Of a stretch of DNA of 64,000 nucleotides, positions 35,422-49,099 are shown piece after piece. The notes under the pieces are model-generated. The model was not told the DNA's origin and ran no database searches. It worked only from the letters and a program-made list of their open reading frames with translations. The translations under genes were made by a program, and so were the position numbers. Every line of letters begins with the position of its first letter. The stretch's first letter is position 1. Source of the DNA: Orbicella franksi (taxonomy: Eukaryota); contig OZ116700.1 in assembly GCA_964199315.1 (NCBI GenBank), forward strand, positions 22,320,001-22,384,000, read 5' to 3'.

Positions 35422-36671
35422 TAGTATTTATGCTAATGTGCGTTTACGAGAAATAGATTTTTTTCTTGCTTAGCTTAGACTCGGTTAACGATATCAGATC
35501 ACCTGAGGGACAATAAATGTTGGTCGGAATATACAGCATTTTAGAATACAGTTAAACAAATGATAAAACAGCGTTCCTTTTGTGCTGGTCTCTTTACTCT
35601 CGCCATTCTTCGTGCATCTTTCTCAGAAATAGAACCAGCAATTCAAACGTAAATCAAAACAGTTGTGGCCTCACCTAATGATAATATCTAGTAAACCTAT
35701 ATATTATTTATTACACGGGCCAACACACAAAACATGCAAAATGATTTTTTATGAAGGGCTTTCAAGGTCACGCCATCTCACTACGGGTCATGTCTTTGTC
35801 TTCACCCGCATAATGTAGGTAATGTCACAAGTGGGTACTCGGTTGTTAACTTGAAATTATGTGCATGGTGCTCAACTTAACAGTTCGACTGTTGTCTGAC
35901 GTAGATGCATCATTGTAGTTTTAGTCTAGCTTGGATTGCCTTCAGTCTCAATATATATATGTCGTGAGTCTACGTGGGCAAAACAGAATTTGATATGACA
36001 CGAGCCCACGCGAGTTGTTCACATACTGATCAATCGTTTCTGTTTTCTGGCGGTTTTGCAATGGAACACAACGCAACATTATACCCTGGTATTGTTATTC
36101 ATGATATGGTCATAGGGAATTGCTCTAGCCTGGGACAAGCCTAACACCAGGCGAAAATAGAAGCGGACGGCTAGATGAAGCCCAGCTGACTCATTGGGTG
36201 GGAGGGTGGGTCAACCTTTTCGCTTTCGCGGCCTAGAGTAGAGTGATGGGGTAGAACACGTGTTTTATTTTACACCGTCATTTGCATAATCCCCACTGTA
36301 TCAATTACCAAAACAAATTGAGTTTGCATAGCTGAGTGGCTACTAAAGACTGATCGCTTACGATAGCTCAGCCAATCAGATTGCAGGTTTGCGTTTGTTT
36401 TAGTAGAATTCTATTAAAACTTGCAGGAGACAGAAAAATATTCTCTATTCCTTAAACAATGCTATATGAAATCACGAAAGGGACTAGTTTGAGACTCCTT
36501 GATTTCACATGAAACGATGGAATACGCGTATATGGGTTTGCCTTGCGCGAGGAAACCAATTCATAGAATATGGGATTCCCTTTATATATATGCACGTTAT
36601 CTCATGGTATGAAAAGAGTGAAAAGTGAAGTATTCGAAATGATGTAGATGAAGATATGCGATGTTCCCTAC

Positions 36672-36868
36672 CTTGGAGTAAATAGCTTTCAGTTCTTTGT
36701 CCCTGAGGAGCATTTCAATCACTTCATTGTTTTCAGTGGTAAGCTTTTCAAACTGGTCCCATCTATTTGATGAAGGTGGCCGTGGATATTTCTTCATCCA
36801 TCCTCCGCACGCAAATCGATAAAAATCCTCACATGGGTCTACTGACGGGTCCACAGAATTCATCAGAT
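36672..36868 (-). CDS. M13 peptidase exon 2
   Basis: ttcag|AT CTG...; LMNSVDPSVDPCEDFYRFACGGW is the hallmark M13 N-terminal motif; donor AAG|GTAGGG; 197 nt. Confidence 0.95.
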
Positions 36869-39689
36869 CTGAATAACAAACATAGATTTGGTCGTTCAAA
36901 CCATTTACTAAGCACACATTTAGCCATATTGCATTGACAGCAAGGTGTAACTCCGCCCCTAACGGAGTTTTGGCGTCGTATGTTTTGCGCTGGCGAAATT
37001 AAATAGGAAGAAACAAGCATCATCCCCAAGATCAGATATAGGACAAAAACAAGAAACTTAAACACGGAGCGAGCTTATAAAAGGCAAGGACACGCCACCT
37101 TTGAAGCACCTTGTTGGCTTCTTTTGTGTAATGGTGGAAAGCCGAAGTCTGGTACCGTCGCACAACAGCAGAAGTCGTGGAGAAATTTCGTTAAAACAAC
37201 AGAGTCATTTACATAGAAAAATATAAACTGTAAATAATAAAAATACAGTGAAAATAAAACTTATATTAACACTGGAAGAAGCCTTTGGAGGAACAAGAAC
37301 GATGAATTCTCTTCGTCACTTCACGAAACATTCAAATTTCGCCGCTGACTAAAATAACAAAGCTGATGCCCGCGATTAACGAGCTACCTGTTTCCATTTA
37401 TCTGAGCATGCCGAGAAGGACAGCAAATCTCGTAAAAGGTGATTTGGTTGGCCTGTGTTCACAGGCGGATTTTGGAGGGATATTCAAAATTATTCAGATT
37501 TATGAGAGTTATGATTGTGCAAACAAAATGCAAATTGAACAGTGCTGAGCTATTCCTCAAAGAAATTAGAAACAAAAAACACAAAAAGTAATACGAAGAA
37601 AACAGAGAGAACTTGAAAAATGGCAAAGTGAGATTTCGCCTGAATATTGACGTTAGAAAAGAGAAGGAAGACTCATGGCTGAATGCAAAAAAACAAAAAA
37701 ACAAAAATCGCGTTCGCTAAAGACCGACAGAATTTGAGCAGCAAGAGTACAACAGCTGCCAATGTTCACCTTATGGAAGCTCTTTTATAACCGGGCTGAA
37801 GAATAACCATTTTACTTTAGATATAACGTATTACCTTCGCAGTCTGCTTTTATCTGAGACTTTTAAGAGTTTTAGTTTCCAAACTTATTTCTCAACCGCG
37901 TTTAATAATCGGATACTCCATTTTCTTTTCTGGCATCAAAAATAGCAGACAGGGCATTTTATAAATTTGAGCAAACAGCGCGAATTCATACGATACGCTT
38001 TCGCAAGTGGAAGAACAAAATTTCGAAGTTGAAATACAAAAAGTCAATTATCTTTGTAACTTCTCCTGCAGCTACCGTTCATTTAGTTCAAAAGGTATTA
38101 CTTTCTTCTAAAATAAAACAGAAAATTACACCCGTCGCTCTCCAGAATTTTGTGGCAACGCGCTAAAATTAGACCTGAGTGAATAAGCCAATCAAATGGG
38201 AGCATTGGTCGTCCGTTGGAATTTGCGATTGGCAGGCTGAACACCTCAGCCTTGTTATATAGGATCGCTCCGTGTTTTAAGCGAACTATTTTCTCACAAG
38301 AACACCTGCAGCGCAGCGCGAGTACTAAGAGAAATGAAAATTTATGTTATTGAATAAGTATAACCAAATTACAGGTAATTAGTCCTTGGCTCTTTAACTT
38401 AAGACTGGTTTCCATATAATCGATACGATCGCGACCTAGAAAGCTTCAGCAATCCTAGCGATCGTATAGAAACCATTCCCCAACGATTGCCTAGATAGAC
38501 TTTATTTTCATCTTTCATAGCGATCGTAGCGTCCGTTTCGAGCACAGCAAATGTATGGGATTTACAGAACACTTCGCAAAATACTTTCTCGATAAAAGTA
38601 AATATTTCTTATATATGGTGTACTGTCGTTCTTTTGGCTCAGCAGGTTTCAAGGATTCAGTTTACGGTCACTGTTTATTATACAGATAATAATAAAAGGG
38701 TGGAAAGTCCAACGGCTCTAAACTGGAACAGCTCAAGCGCCGAGGCGGTTTTCCGCCTGAAAATCCTATAGCTCGGCTTCCAAACTAAACAGCAGAAGAG
38801 AGAAAAGTTCTGCTAGTCTTCTTGTCTCATTCAATCGCAAATTCATTAAAACGGCCCACTACTAGCCTTCGAACAGAACCCAGGACCGAAAATTGAGCAA
38901 CCCTAAAACATGGAATCTGGAAACCGGAATCCGGAACCAGAAACCAGAATCCGGAATCCGGAAACGGAATCCGGAATCCGGAATCGAGATACCATGAATG
39001 ACGATAGAAATAATTCACTTTAGCAATGTCTAATTAATAAATTTAGGGAAAAATTATTTTGTTGTTATTTATTTTCTTGACTTTACTTCAACCACAAACT
39101 GTAATTGTTACAAATTTATTGACTAGTTCTGAACAACCCTTAGCTATACATCTGGCACGGTTGTTCAAAAGCTGGACAAAGCTATCCAGTCAGGGTTAGT
39201 GATTTTTTTAACTCATAGCCTGCGAGCAGGCTCTAGGATCTCTCTCTAGTGTCAAGCGTCTTTTTGCGTTGGCATGTAAGCGAGTGCCTTCTCGCTGCTT
39301 CGCCGCTCGCGCCCCCGGCCCAAACACAAGTGCCTGATTGCAGGCTAAATTACCCATCTTTTGTTGAACCTGGCCCTGGTGAGAACGCAGTTCTTGCCTA
39401 GATCAAATTCCCCTGAGAAGACTGGTGAGTAGCACAAAAGCAACAAGCTATTGCGGTGAGTGTCTGGCAGTCTTTTAGCATCTTCTAACCGGCAACATGT
39501 GGTCCGATCCGTTCGCAAGCGAGAAGCAGACGGAAGTAAGTGTGCAACATTTCTATAAATTGTTGTAACATGATGGCCGGCAAGAATATGTAGTGGTAAT
39601 TTGTAACAGTATCAGTGTAGAAATAGTGTTGATCTGAAATTATAGTCTCGAATCTATTGGGAAAGACAAACTTATTTAGACGAGCCAGG

Positions 39690-40485
39690 TTACATTTGCT
39701 GGCTTTACTTGTCTTTCCGGTGGTTGTTTTTTTGCCTTTGGCTCTTTTGCCCGTTTTAATGTCTTTCTTTTCAATGCGACAGCGGGACAGAAAAACGTAA
39801 ACGTGTTGCAATGCGATGCTTTCCCGGGAAATCCTAATCCATTGTAATTGACGCTAAGAGGTTCTGTTGTTCCATTGGTTTGCGGATTCCGGATTATGGA
39901 TTCTTGGTTTTATTAGGGTTGTCCCCGAAAATTTTCAAGCCGTCAAAATACGTAGCGACAAAAAGTTGTGTCGGGGGGAAATTGCTGTTCCCTAGCCTCT
40001 GTCTGATTGGATACAGTTAAACAATGGTGGTTAAAAATTCCTTCCCGTGGATAGGGTGGTATCGGCAAAGTCAATTGTCACTAACGTAGTTGTGCTTATT
40101 TAGTCTTTTGTTCGGTGACTTTCGTGCAATTTAAGATATCCAAATTTTCCGACACTCTTTCGTTTGACATTATCCCTGAAATGCTCTGGCGAAACAGTCA
40201 AATCTGCATACCCTATAAATTCGCTCAAAGCGGATGTATTCCTCCCAAAATCAAACGTGAGAGTTTAGTTCGTAAAGGTCGCGCCACGGCAAGAGATTAT
40301 CTCGCCTTATGAAACCGGAAACCAATGGAACGACAGGACCTCCTAGCGTCAATTACGATGGGTTAGGATTTCCCGGCGAAAGCATCGCATTGCAACACGT
40401 TTACTTTTTTCTATCCCGCTCTCGCATTCAAGAGAAAGACACTAAAACGAACAACCAGAGGAAAGACAAGTAAAGCCAGCAAATG
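39690..40485. mobile_element. MITE-like foldback
   Basis: 39690-39862 is inverted relative to 40339-40487. Confidence 0.6.
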
Positions 40486-41340
40486 TACCGTTAAGTACAA
40501 CAGAGTATTTTCTCGCAAGTCGATTTGGAAGGAATCGTCGCTCGAGGGATAAAGAAGTGTAGTGTGCTTGTTCATACACACCGCGTGGATGTGTGTGCTT
40601 TCTACATTTTCATAATGTGCTATCCTACTTAAATATGCGTACACAAAATATAATATACAATAGGTGCTAATTCTCACGTGCCAATATGTTACATCCCCTT
40701 CTCTTAAAAAACTATGTTAGTTGAAATGAAAACAAACAAAAACAAAATATTCATTCGGGCCAATGTCTCAGGTACACGTATCTTGTATATACGTTGACAA
40801 TGAATAAAATTAGAATATATAGGGATTTTCTGTCTAGAGTTCATGTATCATGCTAATAATAACTACTAAAGCAAGCGTCAGAGATTAAGTCTTTCCGGTG
40901 CTCGGATTTCACGTCCCGCGCGAGATTTTCTTGGTCCTTTCTCGGCTTCTGTTAAGGTGGGACATTGTGGGTTGGCGCTTGAGGGCCGTATAATCAACTT
41001 GCCACTCGATGGGTTGTTTGCTGAATTGCCTGCTGTGGTGGACTCTCGTGGATTGGCGCTTGAAGATTGTGCAGTCATACTTCCTTGAGGAATGTAACTC
41101 GACAAGTTGTTTGCTAAGTTGTTGGAAGCATTATTTGGTCTAAGATGGATTCTATTTCTTCGTAGTTGAGCACCAGTTCCAGTTTCTATAAAATACGAGC
41201 GAGGGGTCTCTCCCTGATCTATGGCTCTAGCAGGATTCCATGTCTTTCTCACGGGGTCTTGTACATAGATGGCTTGGTTCCTGTGTAGTTCAGGGAGTTC
41301 TTTGGTGTGCCTGTTGTAATAGTAGCATTGGTTGTCTTGG
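40484..41340 (-). mobile_element. Gypsy 3' remnant (integrase C-terminus, PPT, probable LTR 40484-40693)
   Basis: WNPA...PRSYFIETGTGAQLRRNRIHLRP; PPT AAGAGAAGGGGA then TGTAACA. Confidence 0.72.
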
Positions 41341-43646
41341 CTGTCTGGAAAACACGAATAGCGAATAGCGAATATTCGCGAAAAGCGAATAGCGAATAGT
41401 CCCGAATAGTGCGAATAGTCTCAAATAGTGCAAATAGTGGCGAACAATCGCCAAAGGTGGCGAATAGTGACGAATAGTCATCAATAGTCACCGCTTCAGA
41501 TCTAATATCCTGCGTTAATTAATTATCCAATTAAGCAACAGAAATTCAGTGAATTTATTATCTTTTCTTCTCTGAACTCAGGCTAGGGCTGTCCATCGCG
41601 GACATTAAGAAAACAGAAAACACAAGGATAACCTAATAAAGATGTATTTACGCTTTTGCAGCTGTTAAAACAGAAGAAATTACGTTTAGAAACACCTTTT
41701 GTCTTAATGAGCGTCTGGGGTGTCAGGAATAGCGAATAGCGAAAAGTCGAAATTTTGTGTAAATGTGCAAAATCAATATTCATTGTCACAAAAATTGATC
41801 GCATAAAAACCCCCACGTTTTTATAGTCTTCATCGATTATCATAAATCATGTGTAGGTAAGGTAATCCAAAGAATTGTGGAGCAGAATAACATTCAATTT
41901 TCAGCATTTACAACGGAAAGACGAAAACAATTCAGCTTTTAACGGACCTTCGGTCGCTTATCGAGAGATCCGAACAGCATGAGAGATCGTGTAAACTGAA
42001 GCACATTATAGCATTTACCCATCATGCAGTTCGGCGCGTGGCCAACCATCTCTGAGGTATCAGTATACCCCAAATGACCATTATTCGTTGGCGCCACTTG
42101 ACGGTCGGACATTTCACGCGAACCCCAGTTAAGTATATATTTCCTGAAAGCTTTAAAGATTACAAAGGTATATTTATTAAAATTAAAAAAAGTTAATTAA
42201 GGTTTTCCGAGTATAGTGTCCTATTTCCCAAAGTACAGAGCAGGAGGTTCAGTAATCAAGTTCGTTTCCGGCCTGTTTTGAGGGAGAGGACAAGATTAAC
42301 ATCGCCGTGTCTTCTTGGTATCTTTCTCTGAAAAACGGTGTCGGGAAATTTTGATAACTTGTCTGGTTTGTTTTCGGCACGCAGTCAAACTTTGAGAGTT
42401 GGCAAAACATGCATTCTCTTCTTTAAACTAGTAGTAATCGTAGATTACAGAGTGTGTTCGAGTTTTGGTAGGATTGGTATGTTAAAAAATCAAAAATTCA
42501 AAGAACAGCATTTTGTGCCTAAGCTGTTAGGAACAGGTGAAATCGGCCTCCCTCCAGCAGGAGCGAAAACAAATAGATTGATCGCAAAGCACGTGCATAC
42601 GTGTATGTTCTCGTTTATACGTGTATTACGACCGGTCAGTAAAAAACACGGACTGCAGTTGGTAGGCTGCATTTAGTCCACAGTCCGCGTTTTATTCCTG
42701 AGTCCGTGTTTTATACCCAGTCCTTCGTCCATGTAAACACTTTCGTTGGGTTTATGTTACATAATTTACGCACAACGAAGTGAAACTACACATCTCCTCC
42801 TTTAATTTTTTTCAGCAGAAAGCAGTTTTGGTTTCTGGTCGAAGAGAAGAGGGTACACAACACGCAGCAAACTACAGCTTTCTGTTCGTACGAAAAGTCG
42901 TACACATTTCGTGAAGACATGTCTGCAGATTTTTAAATGCCATAAACACTGACTTCGAACTTTAAATAAACAAATTAGTAAGCCTGGATCTCATATGCCG
43001 CCGACATACCTGGGACATACCCGCCGGCACGGCCTGGGACATCGTTACGGCATATGTGAACATTTATCGCCGAATCATAATCTATCCCAGGCAGTGACTG
43101 CCAGCCTGCCTGCAAAGCTGAGCTGAGTTCAACTTCGCAGGCAAGCCGGTGGTGGTCGGCGATGAAACTATTTTATGCGAACATCATCTGCGGACGCAAC
43201 GTACTCCAATAAGACGTTTCGATCCATATTTACAGGTAAAATGGTTGAAAATTGCGCAATTTGATTTGCATTTCGAGCAAATTTGAGTACGTCGGCGATC
43301 CATCCCCGGGGATCCATCGCAGATGCGCCGGGGACCCACTGGGACAGATCGCCATATGTTGTCAGTTGCAACCGGCGACTACGTCGCTGGTAGGTCGACG
43401 GGATTGAGAACCAGGCTTTATCCGCCACAGCCCACAATAAGCCGCCTCGACACTCGAAAGAAAGCACATGGACGAACATGGAGATGACGTTATTCGCCCC
43501 TGAAGAATTTTTTGGGTCCATAGAAAGATACATACGCAAAAACTCCAACCTAGTCCCCAGGGCCTTCTCCTCGACGATGTTCAAAATGGCGGCACATTGA
43601 GAAGGCCTTGGGGACGAGGTTGACTCGAATTCTCTTCCATCGCCAA

Positions 43647-44100
43647 TCTCGTTCTCCAAGTCTTCGTTCCCCTTGACCAGCGGTCGGAAAACGAGAGCTC
43701 TGGGAGCAACCATTTCAGGCATGCGCCATAGATACAGACTGCGCAGTGAAACCGGATGGGCATTCTCGTCCCCAGAGCCCACAATCCTTCTGGCCTGCGG
43801 CAGGGATCGAGAGCTCTGGCAGGATCCGATTTCCTGAGCATGCGCAGAGCATTCGTTTCGTATTCTCAGCCAATCAGATTTGCCAGATTTGACGGGAAGT
43901 CCGTGAATCGCGGACTTCCGGTGTTGGACCAGCCCAGAGCTCTCGATCCCTGCCGCAGGCCAGAAGAATCGTGGGCTTTAGGGACGAGATTGCCGGATGG
44001 CCAGAATTCGGTTATTTCCTTTGTTATTTCAAAATGGTTGCTCCTAGAACCCTCGTTTTCCAACCGCTGGTCAAGGGGAACGAAGACTCTGGGAACGAGA
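43647..44100. mobile_element. Nested palindromic MITEs (outer 43647-44100, inner ~43765-43988)
   Basis: TCTCGTTC...CCCCTTGACCAGCGG arms; inner CTCGTCCC...GGGACGAG arms. Confidence 0.7.
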
Positions 44101-47100
44101 CTGTTCCATCACCGCATTGAGGTCTTACATGAGAAAGCATTGCGCCTGCGCGAACTCAGTGTGTTGCCGCCTTTTCGAGCGGACAAGCGTTTTTTTTATT
44201 TTAGTGAACATTTTCAGCAATAATTTGCTCTAAAGCACGTTAGAATGTTTGACAACGACACGGATACCAGTCAGAGGAAGGAAACATCTGGACAGAAAAA
44301 GGAAAGCAGCGATAGCTCTCGAAGTAAAAGTGCTCGAGGACATTGAGGTCCAATGTCGTGGAAAATGGCGCTGCTCCTTCTCATGGTGAAGGACCTTCGA
44401 CAGCTCTCTTAGCTACCATGCAAGAAGGATTTGCAACACTGCCCGGAAATATGGCTAATGCCATTTCCGAGGCTTTTAGTTTTAAGTCAGCTAAGGCCGA
44501 CCTAGAGATGTCCTCTGACGAGGAAACTCGAGAGGAAGATGTATTGCAACACCGTCCGGAAATATGGCTAATGCCATTTCTGAGGCTTTTAAGTCGGTTA
44601 AAGCATTTCCTATGACGGAAATTCAAGACGAAGATATCCTTAGCTGCCATGCAAGAAGTGTCCGGAAATATGGCTAAGGCCATAGACTTAAAAGTTGGTT
44701 AAAGCCGACCTAGAGATTTCCTATAACGAGAAAATTCAAGAGGAAGATATCCTTAATAAGAGGGCAAGTCCACCGCGAAGTAGAAGCGGGAAGAGGCTAA
44801 TGGCAAAAGCCAGAAGTGTATAGTCATTATACATTTGGACGCGTCTGTCGCGCAGTTGCTTGACACCTCCTATCCTCCCTCTAATGAGGGTAAAAGCAAA
44901 GTGCTTAGCATCAACAGCATCTGCAAGAGGAGGAAACTGATCCGAATGTGGACTCAGAACTGGCAAGCGTCATAAATACATTATGAAAGACACTGCCAGA
45001 GGGAAAACTCTCGGAAAAGATAAACAAATATTATTGCCCTGAGAATTGTGAAAACCTGACAAAAGTATGTGTAAACCAGGTTGTATGGGATAATTTGAGC
45101 CCATCTGTTCGTTTACAAGACGTTTAAGTGCAAAAGGTACAAACGTCTTTGTTTAAAGGCAAATGTGCCTTGACGTGCATGATTTTAAAACAAGCTTGTT
45201 GAGCAAATAATACCACTACCTGTTGGAAGTGAGCTGCTTCAAGAGGCTACAGATGCCTTTGCTTTGTTAGCTAATGCTAACACTGGGCTTAATAAAAGGC
45301 ATGGAGAGTTGATGAAGCTTGACTTACATAATGATTATATGCGTTAATGCTCCTCATCCATCCCAATCACAGATTAACTGTTTGGGAATGATTTGCCAAA
45401 GCAGGTAAAGTATTTGACAGCAGTCGACCATGTTGGAAAAAAGGTCAACACAAGAAGTGGGCCAATTGCCTGACCCCATACTGTATATGTCTAATGACTG
45501 TATTGCAGCCAGTGACTGAAAGAAATTTCATCACAGTGGGAGAATACTACTTCTGGCCCCTTTATTCTTTATAGTATTACTCACTAGAAAATTGAAATTG
45601 CTGTTGGGTTTCCACAGCAAGATGCTATTTGAAGCGAAATATGCGATCCCTTCGGGAACAACACATTATTCAGAGTGAAATTGTAAAATTGATATATATA
45701 TAAAGGAGTTATCCAAGAAACTACCCACCGTAAAGGAGAATATGCTTCTACTATATTTCTACTATGTTCATCCGCCCTAAGAAGGACGACGCTTGTATTC
45801 TCTTTAAATCGAGAAAACCTTAATGAGCATGTGCAGTACCATTTCAAGATGGATACTCTGCAATCTGCTAACCGGCTCATGAAAAGGAAATGCTACTGGG
45901 CATTAGTTGATCTAAGGGATGCTTATTACTCGGTGCCCATTGATGAGAAATATTAACAGCTAAGTTCAGCTGGAGAGGAAAATTACTTCAGTTGATTTGT
46001 TTACCTTATGGACTTTCTTGTTCCCTACGCCCGTTTACGAAAATCTTAAAATCTGTTTATGCCACTCTTAGAAAGAAAGGACATTTAAATGTGGGGTATA
46101 TTGAGGACTCGTATCTACAAGGAGGTACGATACATGAATGTCAGTCTAATGTTACTGATACTTGTTGCTTATTTACAAAATTGGGGTGTACTGCACACTC
46201 TGTGAGTGAAGTCAGTGCTTGGACCAGTTGAGACACTTGTTTTTCTCTGAGTTTTTGTTCTGAATTCTGTCAGTATAACTGTGTCCCTCTCCCAAAGCAG
46301 TGCCTTGGGCTTATTAGCAGTGTATCAGTCTATGGCAATTAAAAAAAATAGCTTTGCAGAATTACAATGGTGGTGCGATAATATTGAGAAAGCTGACTGT
46401 CCTCTTTGTACCCCAAATGTAAAGATTGACATAACCCTGCACACACTTCACACAAGGGTAGGGTGCATTCATGGGCATTTAAAAACGGGAAGCAGAAGGA
46501 CTGAGGCTGAACTAAAGAATCACATTAATTGCCTTGAACTCATGGCTGTATTTTTTGGTTTAAAAGCTTTCTACGGTAGAATGAAAAGTGTCCATATTAA
46601 CATTTATTTGGTCAATACAACCACTGTTAACTACCTTAATTCTATAGGAGGCACACAATCTATAGAGTGCCACTCCGCTGCTTGAGATATTTGGCAGTTT
46701 TGTATTGAGAGAGATCTGGATTTCTGCAGCTCTTCTCCCACTGAGGGAAGAATAATACTCAGGCTCACAGAGAGTCTAGAGATTTTATTGATAATAAGGA
46801 GTGGAAATGTTAAGGCCAGACATTTCAACAAGTAACAAAAATCTGGTTGAACCACCTATTGACCTGTTTGTTTCTAGGCTAAATGCACAGTTGTCTTGTT
46901 ATGCATCCTGGGGACCTGATCCTGGCACAACTTATGTAGATGTTTTTTCGATTATATGGGAAACACAATTTTTTCTGTTTTTTCCCCATTTAGTTTGATT
47001 GCTCATTGCCTGCACAAGATAGTAGGGGTGGAAGCAGAGGGCATAATGATTGTTCCCTTTGGCCTACCCAGCCATGCACAGGTGGTGCACCTGATAGTAG

Positions 47101-48612
47101 ACGTGCCAAGGACACTTCCACAGCAACTGATCATGACCATGCTCAAAATGCCAGGGAAAGAGCATGAGTTTCGTCCATTCATAAAGACAATGTTCCTGAT
47201 GGTTTGCAGATTATCAGGTAATCCCTTGAAGTGCAGGGAAATTTTAAGAGGGCTGGGGACATAATCCTACAATTTTGGAGACATAGAACTCGTAAACAGT
47301 ACTCATCTTACATTACGAAGTGGATACATTTTGTGGTAGCCAACAAATTGATTGTGTTTCCCCCACTTTGGCCCAAGCATTAAATTTTCTAGTTGAACTG
47401 TTTAAAAAGGGAATAGGATATAGTGGTATAAACACTTGCAGGGGCCCGTTACTTGAAAGCCCCGGAAACTTTTCGGGCCCGTAAAGCCATAGTAAAATCT
47501 CGAACCTTACGATTACAGCGCTGTTTTATTCACATATTCTTAATATGAAGAGACCCAGGTCTTCTTTGTCATGGATTATCAACCCCTTGGCTCTAATCCT
47601 ACAGTTACAAGGTACCTCTAAAGGGTTTTTTTAAAACAAAATCCACAACACCATGATACACACGAATATGGGATGTTAGCAAGGTACTTTGCTACCTTGA
47701 GAAGCTTTGAGACAATATATAACTCAGAGGATTTATCATAAAGGGACCTCATCTTAAAAACTGCAATGGTTCTATCTGCCCAAAGAGGTCAAACTATTTA
47801 TCATCCTAACCTTGCTGATTTGATAAGTTCAGAAACTTTGATTATGTTTATCTTGTGGAAAGTTATCTGCCCAAAGAGGTCAAAGTATTCATCATCTTAA
47901 CCTTGATGATATGATAAGTTCAGAGACTTTGATTATGTTTATCTTGAGGAAACTTCAAACAATTCCAAACCAGGAGTTAAGCTAATGCTAGTCAAGTTTA
48001 CTTCATATCCTTCTGATCCTCGCATTTGTGTGATCACTACTCTAAGGATGTACTTAGCTTGCACAAGATACAAACGCGGTGACAATAAGGCATTGTTCAT
48101 TGGATCATTAAGCCAGCTTCTAGAAGAACAGGGATTATGGTTGTTATGCACAGGTCTGGGATAAATGTTGAACTGTTCCAGCCTCATAGTACTGTAGTGC
48201 TGTAGCCACATCCAAAGCAAGTGTATACAGATTCTGTCAACATCTGAGTGGAGTTCAGCCTCCACATTTGCTAAGTTTTACAACTAACCTGTTGATGTCG
48301 ATAACAACTTTGCAGAAAATGTTTGAAATCTGTAGAGTAAGGGATTATTGTGTCATAGATACTCTGCAGACAAAGTGTTGTGTTACAGAATATGCATGGA
48401 TTCTGTGTGGAATTTTTCAAAAGTGTGCAGTGTGCTTTGAAGTCTCATGTAAGACCTCAATGCGGTGACAGAATAGAATTTGAAAATGAAACGAGACTTA
48501 CCTGTAAGTTGAAGTTTGATTGGAGTTCTATCCGTCACCAAGCATTGAGGGATTACATTCCATTCAATCAAACTTCAAGTTTCTGTTAAGTCTCGTTTAA
48601 TTTTCAAATTCT
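44101..48612 (+). mobile_element. DIRS1-group tyrosine-recombinase retrotransposon, decayed
   Basis: gag-like region; RT (HFKMDTL, LVDLRDAYYSVPI, CLPYGLSCS..FTK, YIEDSYL); RNase H (HINCLELMAV); DIRS methyltransferase-like domain (IDLFVSRLN..L..YASWGPDP); YR (SAQRGQT, FQPHST, WSSASTFAKFY); terminal complementary regions. Confidence 0.9.
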
Positions 48613-48934
48613 TCCGCATTACCCGATTAGAACTGCGTTCTCTTGAACGCAGATACAGGTAATCATAACTTTTGAAAGAAGCAAAAACTAAAATTTTCCC
48701 GACACGAAAAGCATTGAAAATTCGCCGGAAACGAACTCAAAAGTTGTGCTTCACCTGAGGCCGCCCAGACATTGAATACGATTAATACGTGAAATTACGC
48801 TGTGGGCGATTGCGTTACAATTTTAGCCGTTTATAAGACGATGTATCAGAATGCTTCGAAAATTACTCTAAATGCTACGTGTAGAAAATAATTTGAATAA
48901 AATGGTTTACCCTATATTTGCATTGCGTTATTTT

Positions 48935-49099
48935 GATGTCTCTGGGTTCCTAGAGGTGGTTTAGAGCCATTTAAGCGAGTTTTACTTTCTGGCGGTTTGC
49001 TTCCCCTAAAGAGAAACGTTTCTCTTAGGGGAACCAAACCGCCAGAAAGTAAAACTCGCCAAAATGGCTCGAAACCACCTCCAGGAACCCAGAGACATC
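48935..49099. repeat. 165-bp spacerless palindrome
   Basis: Centre AGAGAAAC|GTTTCTCT at 49017/49018; arms pair nearly throughout. Confidence 0.85.

Noticed and set aside
43168-43782. 204-aa ORF as a real gene
   Set aside because: It runs through several palindromic repeats and has no recognisable domain.
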